A program made the position numbers and the translations under genes. DNA of 62,050 nucleotides, filler included, from Sluysia triapertura (lineage: Eukaryota), in assembly GCA_046118255.1 (NCBI GenBank). It is 5 parts of 5 records of this genome, joined end to end, with 100 filler letters (N's around TTAATTAATTAA, not from the genome) between each part and the next. Parts side by side here need not be neighbours in the genome. Positions count along the whole stretch, not along the records: positions 23,834 to 35,312 come from JBJNIA010184302.1; positions 35,413 to 47,275 come from JBJNIA010162705.1; 3 more parts are not named here. One strand, given 5' to 3'. Shown one piece after another: positions 27,270-40,166 of this stretch. Each line of letters begins with the position of its first letter. Position 1 is the first letter of the stretch. The notes below the pieces were generated by a model. The model saw nothing but the letters and a program-made list of their open reading frames with translations. It ran no database searches and was not told the origin of the DNA.

Positions 27270-28330
27270 CAATTACGCCGTCATTGAGTATAAGCCGTAA
27301 ATTGTAAACGGACCCGCAAGAGTAAAATTAATTTGCTAAGGTAAGAAGGAAGAAAAAATAAACCGAACAATACAATAATAGTTTGGTTAATCAATATATA
27401 ATTCTAATTTACATTATTTGTCCACAATTCTACGAATTACAATAATATATTCTGAAATTTTGTCGGGATATACAATAAAATTATAATTATAGACATTAGT
27501 TTTAGTTAATTACAGTTTTAAAATCGTACTTAAATTAAATTTGTAAATTTTGAAAAGGTCAATAAAATCAATATAAAAAACCTTCAATTCTCAATGTTAA
27601 ATTATCTTTAAATTTTAACTTATGTTAAATATAAATATAAACGTATTTGTACATTTCCCCTTGTATTATATTGTGTATATGTATTCATTTTATAATTTAT
27701 AATTCATAAAACCTGCCAAAAATGATTAAAATTTTACAAGTCATTTTAATGAGATTTAAAATATAAAAACACGTAAAAATCAGTTTTAAAAACGTAAAAT
27801 AAGTTGCTCTTATAAATTATTTACATCGGTTTAAATACGGTGACAAAATTATTATTTAAATCAAAACTAACTAAATATCATCTATATGAACAGGGAGTTA
27901 ACGAGTTTACTAAATTCAAATTAAATCTAAAGTTCAATTGAGTAATAAGTGGAAATTAATTGCTAAGATTTTGGTTTACGATAGTTCTCTCACACATAAG
28001 TCTAATAACACTTCTATAATTGTATCTGTAAAATTGTGTAAGACTCGGATCCTAGGCGAACTCTTAATTATCCACACAATTGTGATTGTAAGCTTTTGTT
28101 AGGAAACCACATCAGTTCCATTCCATAATTTTTTACAGTTAATGTATGTTATATTTTCCATACTTATTAATGTGATATTATGGCCAATTTCATCTATATA
28201 TTAATTAATTTTTACAATAATATTGGCTTGACCATTTTCGTGCGATCGTGTGTAGTGGTTTGTCTTTGTTTCTTTATTTCTATTTAAAAAAATCATATTT
28301 TTGCATTGTTCGTTGATACCATAAGCGTAT
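27270..28330 (-). mobile_element. Decayed gypsy/Ginger-type integrase remnant
   Basis: Minus strand SHENGQA (PQxNG), EWN...KAYN, and downstream AGPFTI (GPY/F module) in the expected order. Confidence 0.4.
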
Positions 28331-30460
28331 TGTAAGTCTAAATTAGCTTTTGTTTTCTTTCGCTTGCTTTTTGATTTCAGTATATTTTAAGATGTTTCTT
28401 TTAAAATTAATACGATATTCTTTTACTATTATTAAGACATTTGATACTTATTTCATTTATAAGTATATTTTACATTAAATTATTTTTCACAATGTTACAA
28501 TATACTATAATAGTACTTTTGAATGTTTTTATTCTACTTCATTTTGATTAAATATAGAGACACACTTTTTAAATTTTAAACGAAATTAGAACAATATCTC
28601 TTTCTCAACAGTAATATAACACAACAAATATACAATGAGTTATTTAACCACCATAAAATAAGATTCAATAAAGAAAACTCTAGAAAACCAATCAAAATTG
28701 TTGAAAATGTTAATGAAAAGCAGCATCTGATGTTAAAAATAAACAATAAGTATTACTTAAAGCTTAGAATAAATGGTAGAGTTTATTATTTATATTGTTT
28801 TCATGATAAATCAAAATGTTTAGATGATTTCTCATCCTTCTTGTAACCATATTTTTAAATCAATCATAATTATACTTATTTCATTGTCTTAGATACTTGC
28901 TTGTATTTTACAAAAATGTGTTCTATGAAATTGTTATTCATTATTTTGATAAATGATAAATCATTATACCTAGACATTTTTTCGTTAAACTTCTTATACA
29001 GGATGTTCACAAAGGTTCAAAATTAAAAAATTATTTATCTCATTTTTGACTTGAAATCACATGGCGCTAATATTTAAATCGACTTTAGTCTTGATGGTTA
29101 CGTTAAGTCATTTTATTCGGTAAGTTTATTAACATATTTATATTATGTAATCATTTAAAAGAATTAATTTACCTTTTGTAGGACGTTTTTATAAAAACAC
29201 AGTATAATTCGGTTATTTGGCACTGGTACGACTAATCCAAAGTGTTTTTCGAACATAATAATATAAAACTTTATAAGATCCTGTTAACTTCAAACCAAAA
29301 TAAACTTAAGAAACTTAATTGACACAAAATACATCCATCAATATAAATTTAAATGTATTCTTTAATAAATTGTTTTTGTTCAAGTTGTATCATACAATCT
29401 GTTATTTAGAACCGATTGTTATTAAACTGTTCATTAACGTTTCCAACGGTAATCTTAATATATCTAACATTTGTAGTCCTTCATTTATATTTGGAATTTT
29501 GTTTTTATTTAATCGAACACTTATTATTAATTATGTAATAATCTTTATCTTCCTTACTATTTGCTATTGTTAATATTTTCTTTTGTTTATGCAACAATTA
29601 TATTATCATAGATTGATACATAATTAGAACACAGTGGACATTCATTAGCATTTTCGATTCATTATAATGAACAAAACATACATTTTGTGACAATTTAAGA
29701 ATTTATTGATACATACATATTGTAAAACTATTTATTGATTATTCACAATTATTGATTTATAATTTTTGTTTTTGATTGGATTAATTTATCGAATTAATTT
29801 TTGGATTATTATTATTCTTAATATAAACTAACGTAAAATTTTAAACTATTTTAATATCTTTAAAAATCTAGTTTTAATAAATTAAATAAAATATTTTGTT
29901 TTAATCTGGCCAAGGCCAGGTAAATCAACTATAAATAGTTGCAAATTTTATTAAATAACACACAATATTGAAAACATAATTTTTAACGAAGTCTTGTTAA
30001 TCGAATATCCATCGAGCTTTTCTCAGCGAGGTAGCCAGAGAAATTAATTTTAAAGGATTCCTGCTAAGAAAATTGTTATTAAATTCCGGTTTTTAATAAA
30101 TACGTTAGTTTATCATATTAAGTTACGGATATACAATATATATCCTCGCAAAATAGACTCAAAATCACTTTTGTAATTATTTTCAAAAAATATTATAATA
30201 GATTTTTCGTAAAATCATTAATAAAATATCATCAATTTGAGAATTAAATTTGATTAATTCTACGTAACTTATTATATTTATTACATTTATAATATTACAT
30301 TTATTATATTTATAATCTTGTTGAATTTATCCAGTGTCTAATAAAAATTTCTAAGAATTCATTTTTTCATTATTAAATTTTATAGTTTTAATTATAAAAT
30401 TCCCAGTGGAGTAAAGCTTTCATCTATTAGAATTTAATTCTAATAATGTAAAATCTTTTT

Positions 30461-30807
30461 TGTAGATCCTTTTCATAGGATCTTCGTAAATTACTTTGTA
30501 AATGCTATTAATATTTTTGCAGTTAGATAGTTATCTTAATTACTCATAAATCTACTACTAGAAACAGCTTGCATTGATACCTCCAGAGCTTAGTCTAAAT
30601 TACTAAATTTGAAATTAACAGCAAAGTTATTAAGCCAAGAATATCCTAGTAAAACTACGCACGCTTTAGAAAGTTATTCCAACCTTTACTTAAAAATATT
30701 TTATCTACAAATCCAACGGCTAGCCCTAACTGGTAAACCTAGTACGTTGGTGGAATCACGTTAAAATCCTACTTTATTCTATCTTATCTCTATTTACATT
30801 TCCCACA
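30461..30807 (-). mobile_element. Solo-LTR-like dispersed repeat, copy 1
   Basis: Minus strand TGTGGG...ATCTACA termini; colinear with 43765-44132; no target-site duplication seen. Confidence 0.55.
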
Positions 30808-32129
30808 ATACTTTAACTCGTTTTGTTGCATAATGTAAGCTTTTCTAAGATAGTTTAAAATTTTTTACTTTGTCACATTATCCCAGGTACGATAAAATAA
30901 GGATTTTAAATTCCACGAATCAAAGGGCTATTCTAAAATGATTTTAAATTATGAATCATCTCCACATCTAGAGGCTGTTTATGAAAAGTTGTATTTCATG
31001 GTAAATAAAATATCGAAATGTGTTATATTAGTTCAATTCTTGGATATACTGGAAAATTGTATTACGATTTTTTTATTGCCATTTGCATATTTAAAGTGGA
31101 ATGTCATCCATGTCATTCAGTAAAAAATATGAATTGCACTCCTATCGCTGACAAACAAGAGATAAGCTAAAAGAAATTATAATTATAATGTTTATAGTTC
31201 AACTAAACAATTTATAAAGTTTTCACTTAATATAGTATTGAAAATTAAAATAAAAATTATTAATAAAGATAATTAATAATAATAAATCAAAAAAGGCCTG
31301 CACAATAATCAAAAAATAAAACTTAATAACTTCCTGAAATTTTTAATTTTGAAAATTTAAGCAGTTTGCTATAGTAAAATAATTACTTTCAATAGAAAAA
31401 TTTACTTGGCATAATAATTTAACATACGATTAAATAGCTCATGTAGAAAACGATTTCACTTTTCAGTTTAAGAGAATTTCTTCAAATATTGAATACATTA
31501 GTCCAGCAAGAAATGTAGTTCATCAAATCATTCAATAAAATTATATTCCTCACTGTGACTGTATTCTCGGTTTGTTTAATTTTTATAAGGTTACTTATTA
31601 GAAGAGGTTAAAATCAAAATAAAACTAAATGTATATTAATGATTCCTAAATTAATTCATCAAAAAATTTGAATACACGTTAAAAATCTCTAAAGTTTTAA
31701 ACTTTAAATCGATTTGTTTATTGATTATTTGTGTTTGTGTCACATTATTTTTGAGTTGTTTCGATTTCATTGCCTTGAGTTATTTTTAATTTAAGTGAAT
31801 AAAATATTTAAAACGACATACATATTGAGTTATACATCTAGAAAATTAATTTTTTAAATTTTTTTTAAACACGCGTTTCGTTTAGCTAAGATATGAAGAT
31901 ATACCCACCATAAGTTAAATTAAATTAATATTATGAGTAAAGTTCACAGAAAACCTCTAATTTATAGAAATATGTTAGATTTTTGATTTGTATATATTTG
32001 TATAAATGAGTATAGTTAATTGTTCTTTTGATGATTTTCATACAAAGCATTTTCACATTTTAAGAAAAGACTGCTTTAAAAATACAGTTTCTTATAAGAA
32101 TAAGAACCGCCGCAGTTATAAATGTGATA

Positions 32130-32370
32130 GTTGCACATCACGATCCTCGCTGAATTTTTTTGCTTCTGATATGTTCCTTTTATTCATCGATTAATCTAGA
32201 AAATTGTCATTTTTTTACTAATGACCAAGTATTTTAGAAACTTCATTGTTCTACAAGTTTTTGTTTTGAAATAGTCTGAACCATTCTAATAAGGCTTTAT
32301 CAACATCATTCATATCTGTTTTGTGATTTCTTCCAGCTAGCAGCGTTATAATCGTTCGCTGTAATGTGAT
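32130..32370 (-). mobile_element. pogo/Tigger transposase remnant (CENP-B-type HTH)
   Basis: Minus strand MNDVDKALLEWFRLFQ..ILGH, then stops. Confidence 0.55.
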
Positions 32371-32482
32371 ATTTATTCTTTTTTTTGAACTGGCAATTTA
32401 AAAGAATTTTCATTTAAAAAACAACTTAAATAAATGTTATACATTGTATATAATATATAACTTTTAATATATTTTATTTTAA

Positions 32483-32698
32483 CCCTTTCGCGCCTAATTG
32501 TTGTTTCCAAATAGATTTTCAAAGAATAATGAAACGAAAGAATAATACCCGAAAGAAATGTGTATGGGAATTCATTTGTCCCATGCATTTTTTCCAATAT
32601 CTAAAATCCAAAAAATTAAAAATTTCGTATTTATTATGTATTAATTGATAATTTTACGTAAAATATAAATTGCATGAAAAAAAGTAGGCGCGAAAGGA
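32483..32698. mobile_element. piggyBac-type MITE, 216 bp
   Basis: TTAA-CCCTTTCGCGCCTA ... TAGGCGCGAAAGGA-TTAA (13/14 TIR, TTAA duplication). Confidence 0.88.
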
Positions 32699-34499
32699 TT
32701 AAAAAAATTGTAAATCATATTTTTACTAAAATACCCATAACATCCAAACTTTTTTACACCCTACCACTTCGGATCTATTATATGCTTTGTATTTTATAGA
32801 AATATACTTTGCAGTCCACGATTTAAGCAACTATTAATCTATTAATATATTAATATGAAATTATTTGAAATTACATTAATTCCTTAAAATAATTCCCTCG
32901 TTCAATCGCCTTTCAAAACTCTATTACTATATAAAAATATTAGTGCAGGAAGAGCAATAATCTTTAATTGTAAAATAACTTCAAGAAATTAATTACAAAA
33001 AATTCACAATATTTATAAATTTTAAATTAGGAAATTAAATTAATTTTTAAAAAAATAATCATACATGTTTAATATTTAATGAAATGTACAAAATTATTGT
33101 TGAAAATATAAAGTTTTGAAAAAAGCCTATTTTTCTATTCTTTATGACCTCAAAGAAATTGACAGAATATTAGCTTTCATGCGAGTTAAATATATAATTT
33201 GTTCTCTTTTTGGTTCGCTAAAACTATTTATTGTTAAAATACAGGAAGTTTGAATGAGATAAATATTCATACCACAAAATTGCATTATTGATTAAAAACT
33301 AAAATACAAAATTTTCTATTAATAATTAGCATAAATTATTTATATTGTTAACTAAAGAAATAAATTTAAAATGAAACGGGAAAGTTAAATTTCATTAAAA
33401 AACTAATACTTTATTTGAAATTAAGAAAATATAAAAAGTAATGATTATCCACATTAATAAGTAATCGTTAATAAAATTAGTTTTTAACAAAAAAATTTAT
33501 TAAATTTTAAAAATAAAAAATTAATTTTATGGATATATATACGTACTTTCTTTTCGTAATCGTTTCTGTTCTTCTTTGGCTAATCTAACGAATTCTTTAT
33601 AACGTTCTTCACCTTCTTTTAAGGATTCAAGTGTTAAAAATTTAAATGTATTAAAAGCCTGTTCCATTGTTTGAAACTCAATTTTAACTTACCGATATGA
33701 CTAAAACAATTTGCAAAATTCGTCGTAGTAAATTTAATATATACCGTCAAACATATATATAATTGAATTATATAAATAATTGGTGACTCTGTTTTATCCA
33801 CATCTTAACTGAAATACATTAATATTGATTCCATTATATAACTGAATACTGAGCTGATTAAACTACTGAATTATTTTCTCATAATCGTAAACAGCATCGT
33901 CATTATTTTTATTGATACTATTATCATGATGAGATGATTATATAAACATACATTGATCATTCTATTAGTTTGAATAATTGAGGATAATTATCGATAAAAA
34001 TAAACAGTTTTTAGAAAAAATATTTGTATGAATTGTATTCATCAATAATGTAAGTATGAATAGATTTGAAAATGTCCTTTTATCAAATGCATTATTACAA
34101 ATATTGATAAAGCTGTGGTTTACCAACATTGATACAATTTTAAATTTCTTACTGCCCATTTTTATAACTATAATTTTGATAAAATTATTAATAATTACGA
34201 AAAGCAGTGTAAATTTTTAAAATATTAATTTATAAAATTCAAATTACTGATATATTCAAACATTAATTTTTTACAGTTGAAAATACTACGTATATATAAA
34301 TTAACGTATTTATATTTAAAATAATTATAATATGTATAAAAAATCAAAAATTAAAACTATTATATTTTATAAATCAAATTTTAAATATATTTATTATTGT
34401 GATACAAAAATTCATAAACATTCTAAAATTTTTTGGTTAAGCAATCTAAATTTACATTTACTTTAATCATTGTGGATTAATTATTTGTAGAGATTTGTT

Positions 34500-34822
34500 A
34501 TTTTTTAGTGGTGTGACATATTGTGCCAAACCCATCTTTTTTAATACTTTAATTAGATTGAATGTTGAAGAAGTCGATGAAAGACGACGCCATTTTTGTA
34601 AAGAAAGATAAGCTAGTTTCGTAAAATCTGGATCTAATCTTCTGTTATTTATATCGATTCCTTAATAAGAAGTACATAATATCAAATCAATATTATTACC
34701 TTCTAGATCCAAATCTTTTGTTTTCCAATCGCGTGGAGGATCGAATGGTAATTTCTTGTATACTTCTTTCCAATGTTTTCCAATAACAGGTGCGCATAAT
34801 TTGAAGAAATTATCTGTATCAT
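34500..34822 (-). pseudogene. Death-domain-like gene, two exons (34822-34700; 34660-~34500), frameshifted
   Basis: IGKHWKEVYKKLPFDPPR..DLEGIDI..LAY/SLQKWRR..NLIKSIK fits the death-domain helix pattern; 39-nt GT-AG intron; 1-nt shift before SLQKW (could be an assembly error). Confidence 0.6.
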
Positions 34823-35312
34823 CTAAAATAACAATAAAGGAAAATGTATTATTTTATTAACTAGAGTTTCTTAACTACTATTCGCTAACATCCTTGAATA
34901 TATGAAATTCATACTTTATTAATAATACTTTTATGCATATTTTAAGTTTTTTGTTCTTATAAATAATGTATGTTTAAGATATGTACCTACCGCATTAGTC
35001 AAGTTTAAATGTATTTCCATGTATAAAGATAATGATAAGACAAGCTAATATACAAAAATTACTGAGAAATTGTTAAAACATTGTATAGGCTAGACATGAG
35101 GAACTTGAGGCCATATCCATTTTTAAATGCAACTTATTTGACGATTTCATTTAAATAAAACACTTTTTGCATTTAAATTTTACAAAATGGGACCATACTC
35201 TTTCTTTGCTCAAAGTTTTTATTCTAATAAACAAACACATTACTATAAATAAAGAAATTATATAATGCTGTAATATTTAATATCTCTATAAAACTTATTA
35301 AAGCTTTATATA

Positions 35313-35412
35313 NNNNNNNNNNNNNNNNNNNNNNNNNNNNNNNNNNNNNNNNNNNNTTAATTAATTAANNNNNNNNNNNNNNNNNNNNNNNNNNNNNNNN
35401 NNNNNNNNNNNN
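35313..35412. other. Artificial contig-joining linker
   Basis: N44-TTAATTAATTAA-N44. Confidence 0.97.
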
Positions 35413-35740
35413 AACAACCACAAACGATACATTATACGCTTAGTTACGGTTGTCCCTTCGCAGCATAACATTCGTTTCTTTTCTTTTATTTCATTCATAT
35501 ATATGTAGAAAAGTAAAAGAATATAAAGAAAAGATCATGTTAAAAGTTTTTGTAAAGATTTATGCGGTTTTTTAAGTTTTGTAATAATAATAACAATAAC
35601 TTCATCATTTTTATTATTACTAATATTGTTATTATTATTATTATTATTTTCATCATTATTACTGCTGTTATTATTCTTGTTTTTCTTTATGCCTAGATCT
35701 AAAAATAAAATAAATTAAAAATTTAATTAAAGTCGATTTA

Positions 35741-35907
35741 ACTGGTTGCTGCCATCACCTACGATGACAGCCTATGTATAACTTTCATTGGACTGTCAGC
35801 GTCGATGATGGTCAGTGATCAGTCATATTCATCAAAACTTACCTATTAAATTTCATCCAATCGAGGCTAAAATATGCATTGATGATTTCACGCCCTCGAT
35901 TGGATGA
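35741..35907 (-). ncRNA. Putative structured RNA (double hairpin), copy E2
   Basis: 14-bp perfect stem (35853-35907), 29-nt spacer, 83-nt hairpin 35741-35823; covaries with 11856-12033. Confidence 0.55.
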
Positions 35908-36072
35908 CCAATGAAAGATCTCGTCTGGATTAAAAATAGTAACAAGTTTTCCAGACAATTCACAATTAAAAAATTTAAACTTAATTGACAATTAACTCAA
36001 TCGACAATTTGCAGTGCAATAAATCCAGACAATCGTAGAATCATTCAGAATAAAGTTTAAAACAGTGTAATA

Positions 36073-36927
36073 ATGAAAGCTGATGATAATTCAATATTGA
36101 AATCGTCTAAAGATTTATTTTCAAAGTTGATAAATGAAATAGAAGATATAACCGAATATATAAATTATGGCATAACTGAACATACCGATCCAGCGAGTCA
36201 ATTGAACATGCTCCAAGATATGATGTTACCTATTTTTCAAGTAAATGATAAATTTAAAGAATTATCCAGTAGTAAAAATTGTCATCAATTAATTCACAAT
36301 GTTTTAGGTAATGAAGATATAGAGAAAAATAAAGACAATATAAAGTATTTCCTCGTATATGATTTAGACAATCTTAGTCTGACAAGTAATAATGTAGAGA
36401 GCCCTGTTAGAAACCTCGAAGAAATTGATGCTTACAATTCGTGTATAGATGATGATATTAGGGAATTGGGTTCAGTGGGTTCACATGATGTTAGTGAGTC
36501 GAAAGAGTTAGATCGTAGAGTTTATTTTGGAAGGCTGGATGCGAGTTCAAAAAAGATAATTGCTAATAAAGAAACCAAAATTGAAGAGGAACCACTTAGA
36601 ATGTTAAATCAATTTATATGCTGCTCTGATTATCCTAAAGTTAATGTGAACGACATGTATAAAGTGATTTTATTTGAGAATAAAGTCCCATCAAAAACAA
36701 ATAATGGTATCAAGAACTTAGATATAGAAAGGATCAACTTGTTTCACAACCTTTTGACTGATAGCTGTATTTCATCAGGTGTAGAATTATTTATTCATTT
36801 TGTTAGTTTTAGATTTATTTATCGATATAATTATTTTTTAGTTGAATCAATTATAGGTTGGACAATGGAACGTTGGACGGCCAGATCAGAAAACTTGTGT
36901 AAATTCATTAATAGAAATTTGTTGTAA
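36073..36927 (+). CDS. Orphan acidic protein (up to 284 aa; possible in-frame 63-nt intron 36779-36841)
   Basis: ATG-started stop-free ORF with protein-like composition; T-rich GT-AG segment near the 3' end. Confidence 0.65.
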   Translation: MKADDNSILKSSKDLFSKLINEIEDITEYINYGITEHTDPASQLNMLQDMMLPIFQVNDKFKELSSSKNCHQLIHNVLGNEDIEKNKDNIKYFLVYDLDNLSLTSNNVESPVRNLEEIDAYNSCIDDDIRELGSVGSHDVSESKELDRRVYFGRLDASSKKIIANKETKIEEEPLRMLNQFICCSDYPKVNVNDMYKVILFENKVPSKTNNGIKNLDIERINLFHNLLTDSCISSGVELFIHFVSFRFIYRYNYFLVESIIGWTMERWTARSENLCKFINRNLL

Positions 36928-37229
36928 ATAATTAAAATATATCTCTTGTTTTACGAACTTTTACGTTAACTTTGAACTATTAATAAATAAATTTTGCACT
37001 AAAATTAATAATGAAATTATAAGAACCAAATGTGTTACGATTATTAAGCTAAAAGATTTGACAATCGTGAATTATTATGTTAATGATCATGCTTGTTATC
37101 TAAAATTTAATAAAAAATTAGAAATAGTCTCAAAGAATATAGTGAATAAGAAGAATAAGGTGTCAAATATTAAAACATTAAGACTTGGACTATACAACTA
37201 TAAATCCAATACTTCTTGCACATTTTCAT

Positions 37230-37500
37230 TCTTTCAGTCGACTTCTTATGCTATTTACTGTATCAAATTCTCTAATACGCCCTCAACTTCAATCTACGCC
37301 ATAAAAATAAGCATAGATCATTGGCTTCTATCTTCAAAAGATAGGCATAAACTGTCACATATTAAATCAATTAATAAATTAATTTATATAACACTGTCGT
37401 CTCTACTGTATCACCACAACCCATTTTACCAAACTCGTAAACAACTATTATCACTAATAAACAATTTCTTCAGAAAATTTTATTTAAATTATTATTTAAA
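37230..37500 (+). mobile_element. Possible LINE RT remnant
   Basis: STSIYAIKISIDHWLLSSKDR resembles the RT segment ST..A+...D.W...D; C/A-rich skew. Confidence 0.3.
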
Positions 37501-37793
37501 TTTTGATTGGTCCATCATAATATTAGAATAAAAAAGCAAATAATATGTTCGAATAATAAAGATGAGTTGTCAAGAAAAACAAATAATTTAGAAAGAATCT
37601 TATTTTTCACTGTTGTAAAAATTGTAATTTTTAACCAATAGCTAACCTCTAATTTTAACCAATAAAAATGCGGAAATGTATTAATTCACTATGGAAAATA
37701 CGACCACATTATTTGATAAATAACATCCTAAAAAATAATAAAAACAAACAACAAAACTGTAACTGAAACTTTAATATTGCAAATATATACTAC

Positions 37794-38351
37794 TTGAAAA
37801 TTGCTGCTCGAATGTACCACGTCTGGATACAGCAGCAATTCAGATAGAATGTTACATGGTGGCGGTTCATCGGTTTGTAATAACTTAGCCAATGAAGATT
37901 CACCGGCATTTTCATATTTCACGGGCAATTCAGACATCGATGGCAATTTGAAAAAGTTATGACTACCAGCACTAGCAGCACTACTGTCATCACACATACT
38001 GCTCAAAGTTGGGTTTGTAATTTGACCACTGTAATTGGCTCTTGCGGTCAACGGAAAGTGGCAGACGTCGCAAGCAGAATTACCCGAAGTAGTCGTAAAA
38101 CCAAATTTTTTGTGTAACGGCTGCTGTCTGGTTGCTATTGAATGACCTTGCCTAACTACCAATGGGAGCATAGAAGGATCAGTGTTGACATTAGTTGGAT
38201 GCAAATAACTTGGAGGCATCAGAGAAAATCGTGGGAAGAGATTAGGGATTGAATTCAATTGATTTCGTAAACTTGATCGAATTGGATCGATTTTGGACGG
38301 AGGGGGTGGGGCTGGTGGGAAGAATGGTCTGTCAGATGTTACAAAACACAT
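37794..38351 (-). CDS. Pro/Ser-rich exon, probably an extended CDK8 tail
   Basis: ORF starts right after an AG in phase 0, matching the phase-0 donor at 38990; GC-richer; candidate donor at 37793. Confidence 0.5.
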
Positions 38352-38990
38352 CTAGACACAAAATATTAAAATAACATGGGCAACTAGAATATCCGACTAG
38401 CACGGTCCTCAATTGGCTTCTAACAAACGTCATTGTTCAATGCATAAAGGAAGCTCAATTTATCACAAATAACCACCAGAAAACTGTGAGAGTGTTGTGC
38501 AAGACATAGTGAAGCATGATGCAGTTAGTGCAGTTCAGGTCATACAAAGACAATTAGATGAGAAGTTGATTGCGCAATTCAAATATTGTTATTATATATC
38601 AACAATTCCATACCTGCATCTGCCACACATCTGATTAATTTCTGTAATCATTTGTTGAGTCAACACCTTTTAATAATCTTCATCTGGATTCATCTAACTA
38701 TAAAGGTCGTATTTGTGCAAGAAGGATATGTAGAGCATATCGATAAAGATAGTGCAAGAGCAAATAAATCTTTCAAATGGAACTTCCAAAACGACTCGAA
38801 ACTAATAAAACATTTGTTATCATGTTGAGATTAGTTCTGAAACATTTCAGATGGATAACTGTCTTAGCACACGCAACTGGACAAGCATTCAGAGAGCACA
38901 ACCATGACAATGGAAAAACGAAAAATATATAAAATATTGTAGAAATGTCTCATTTTATAGCATATTCTAAAGATTGCAAGTAAAACTAAC

Positions 38991-39108
38991 TGGATTATTT
39001 CCACTGAAAATGTGTTTTTCGTGTGTAGTACCTGCTGTGGCACCAGCCTGCTGATGCTGCTGATTCACACTGACCAGAGCATGGTGATGCTGCTGCTGTT
39101 GTTGCTGC

Positions 39109-39146
<38 letters not shown>

Positions 39147-40097
39147 CTGTTTATCTACCACTGCTCCGTCAGTATCTTCTTCCACAATGAAATCTCGCTT
39201 AGCATACGGTATAGGATAATTTCCAAAAGCACTAAAATTAAGAAATGGAAAAATAATACAATGAAAAAATAACTACTTAAAGTGCTTAGAATAAAACAGG
39301 CTTTATTTTGATTTCAGAGCCAAAGTGGGAAGAATACTGATCGATATAGCAAGTTCGACTGTTTCAAAAGCTCACTCAAAGATGAAATACATTGTACGAA
39401 TTGAAATAAATCAACAGTGGAATATTGAAATATCGTTATTTTCCAACAATATTTATCTAATGACGTTCCAGTAAATAATATTTTTAATAAAATTTTAATA
39501 AGTTTTACTAAATATTAAAATTTTATTCTGTAATAAAAATTTGTTTTATGAATTATGTTATAAAAAAGTACAAAAATTACTCTAAATTTGAGTTTTAATA
39601 ATAATAAGTTGAATAAAACAATTTTACAGAACAGATATTATTGGATGTAAAACAATGATATAATTTTAATACCGCCACAACATAAAGAATTATATATCGA
39701 TAGCTAAATTTAATTAGTATTTCATGATCACTGTGGATCAATGATTATTCATTCCCTTGGAGGATAAACCACTATTCATCTATTGACATATTCTATAATC
39801 CAAGTTATCAAAGTCATACGTTTATTTATTGTAGGATTTATTGTAGAGTCAAAATCAACGAATCCTGGCTCAAAATCTATTTAAAATTTTAAAGAATTTT
39901 AGATTAAGGTTTAAATATTACTTTGAAAATAGATAAATAAATAAATCGATAAATTAAAATTAAGGGAGAAAAGGTTAATCAAAGCAAATAATACTAACTC
40001 GTCTGAAGGTAAAGGTTCCTTTTCAAAGAATACATCGTTCAAAGCAGTGGCAGCAGAAATTCGTTTATTGGGGTCCATTTCTAACATTTTCTTGAGC

Positions 40098-40166
<69 letters not shown>

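Noticed and set aside
33546-33690. Minus-strand coiled-coil-like exon (ESLKEGEERYKEFVRLAKEEQKRLRKE) with GT donor
   Set aside because: In-frame stop near the acceptor, neighbouring segments interrupted, no family recognised
35761-35810. SECIS element (ATGA..AA..GA)
   Set aside because: The TGA is Watson-Crick paired (TGACAG/CTGTCA) with no tandem G-A quartet, and the other copy lacks ATGA there
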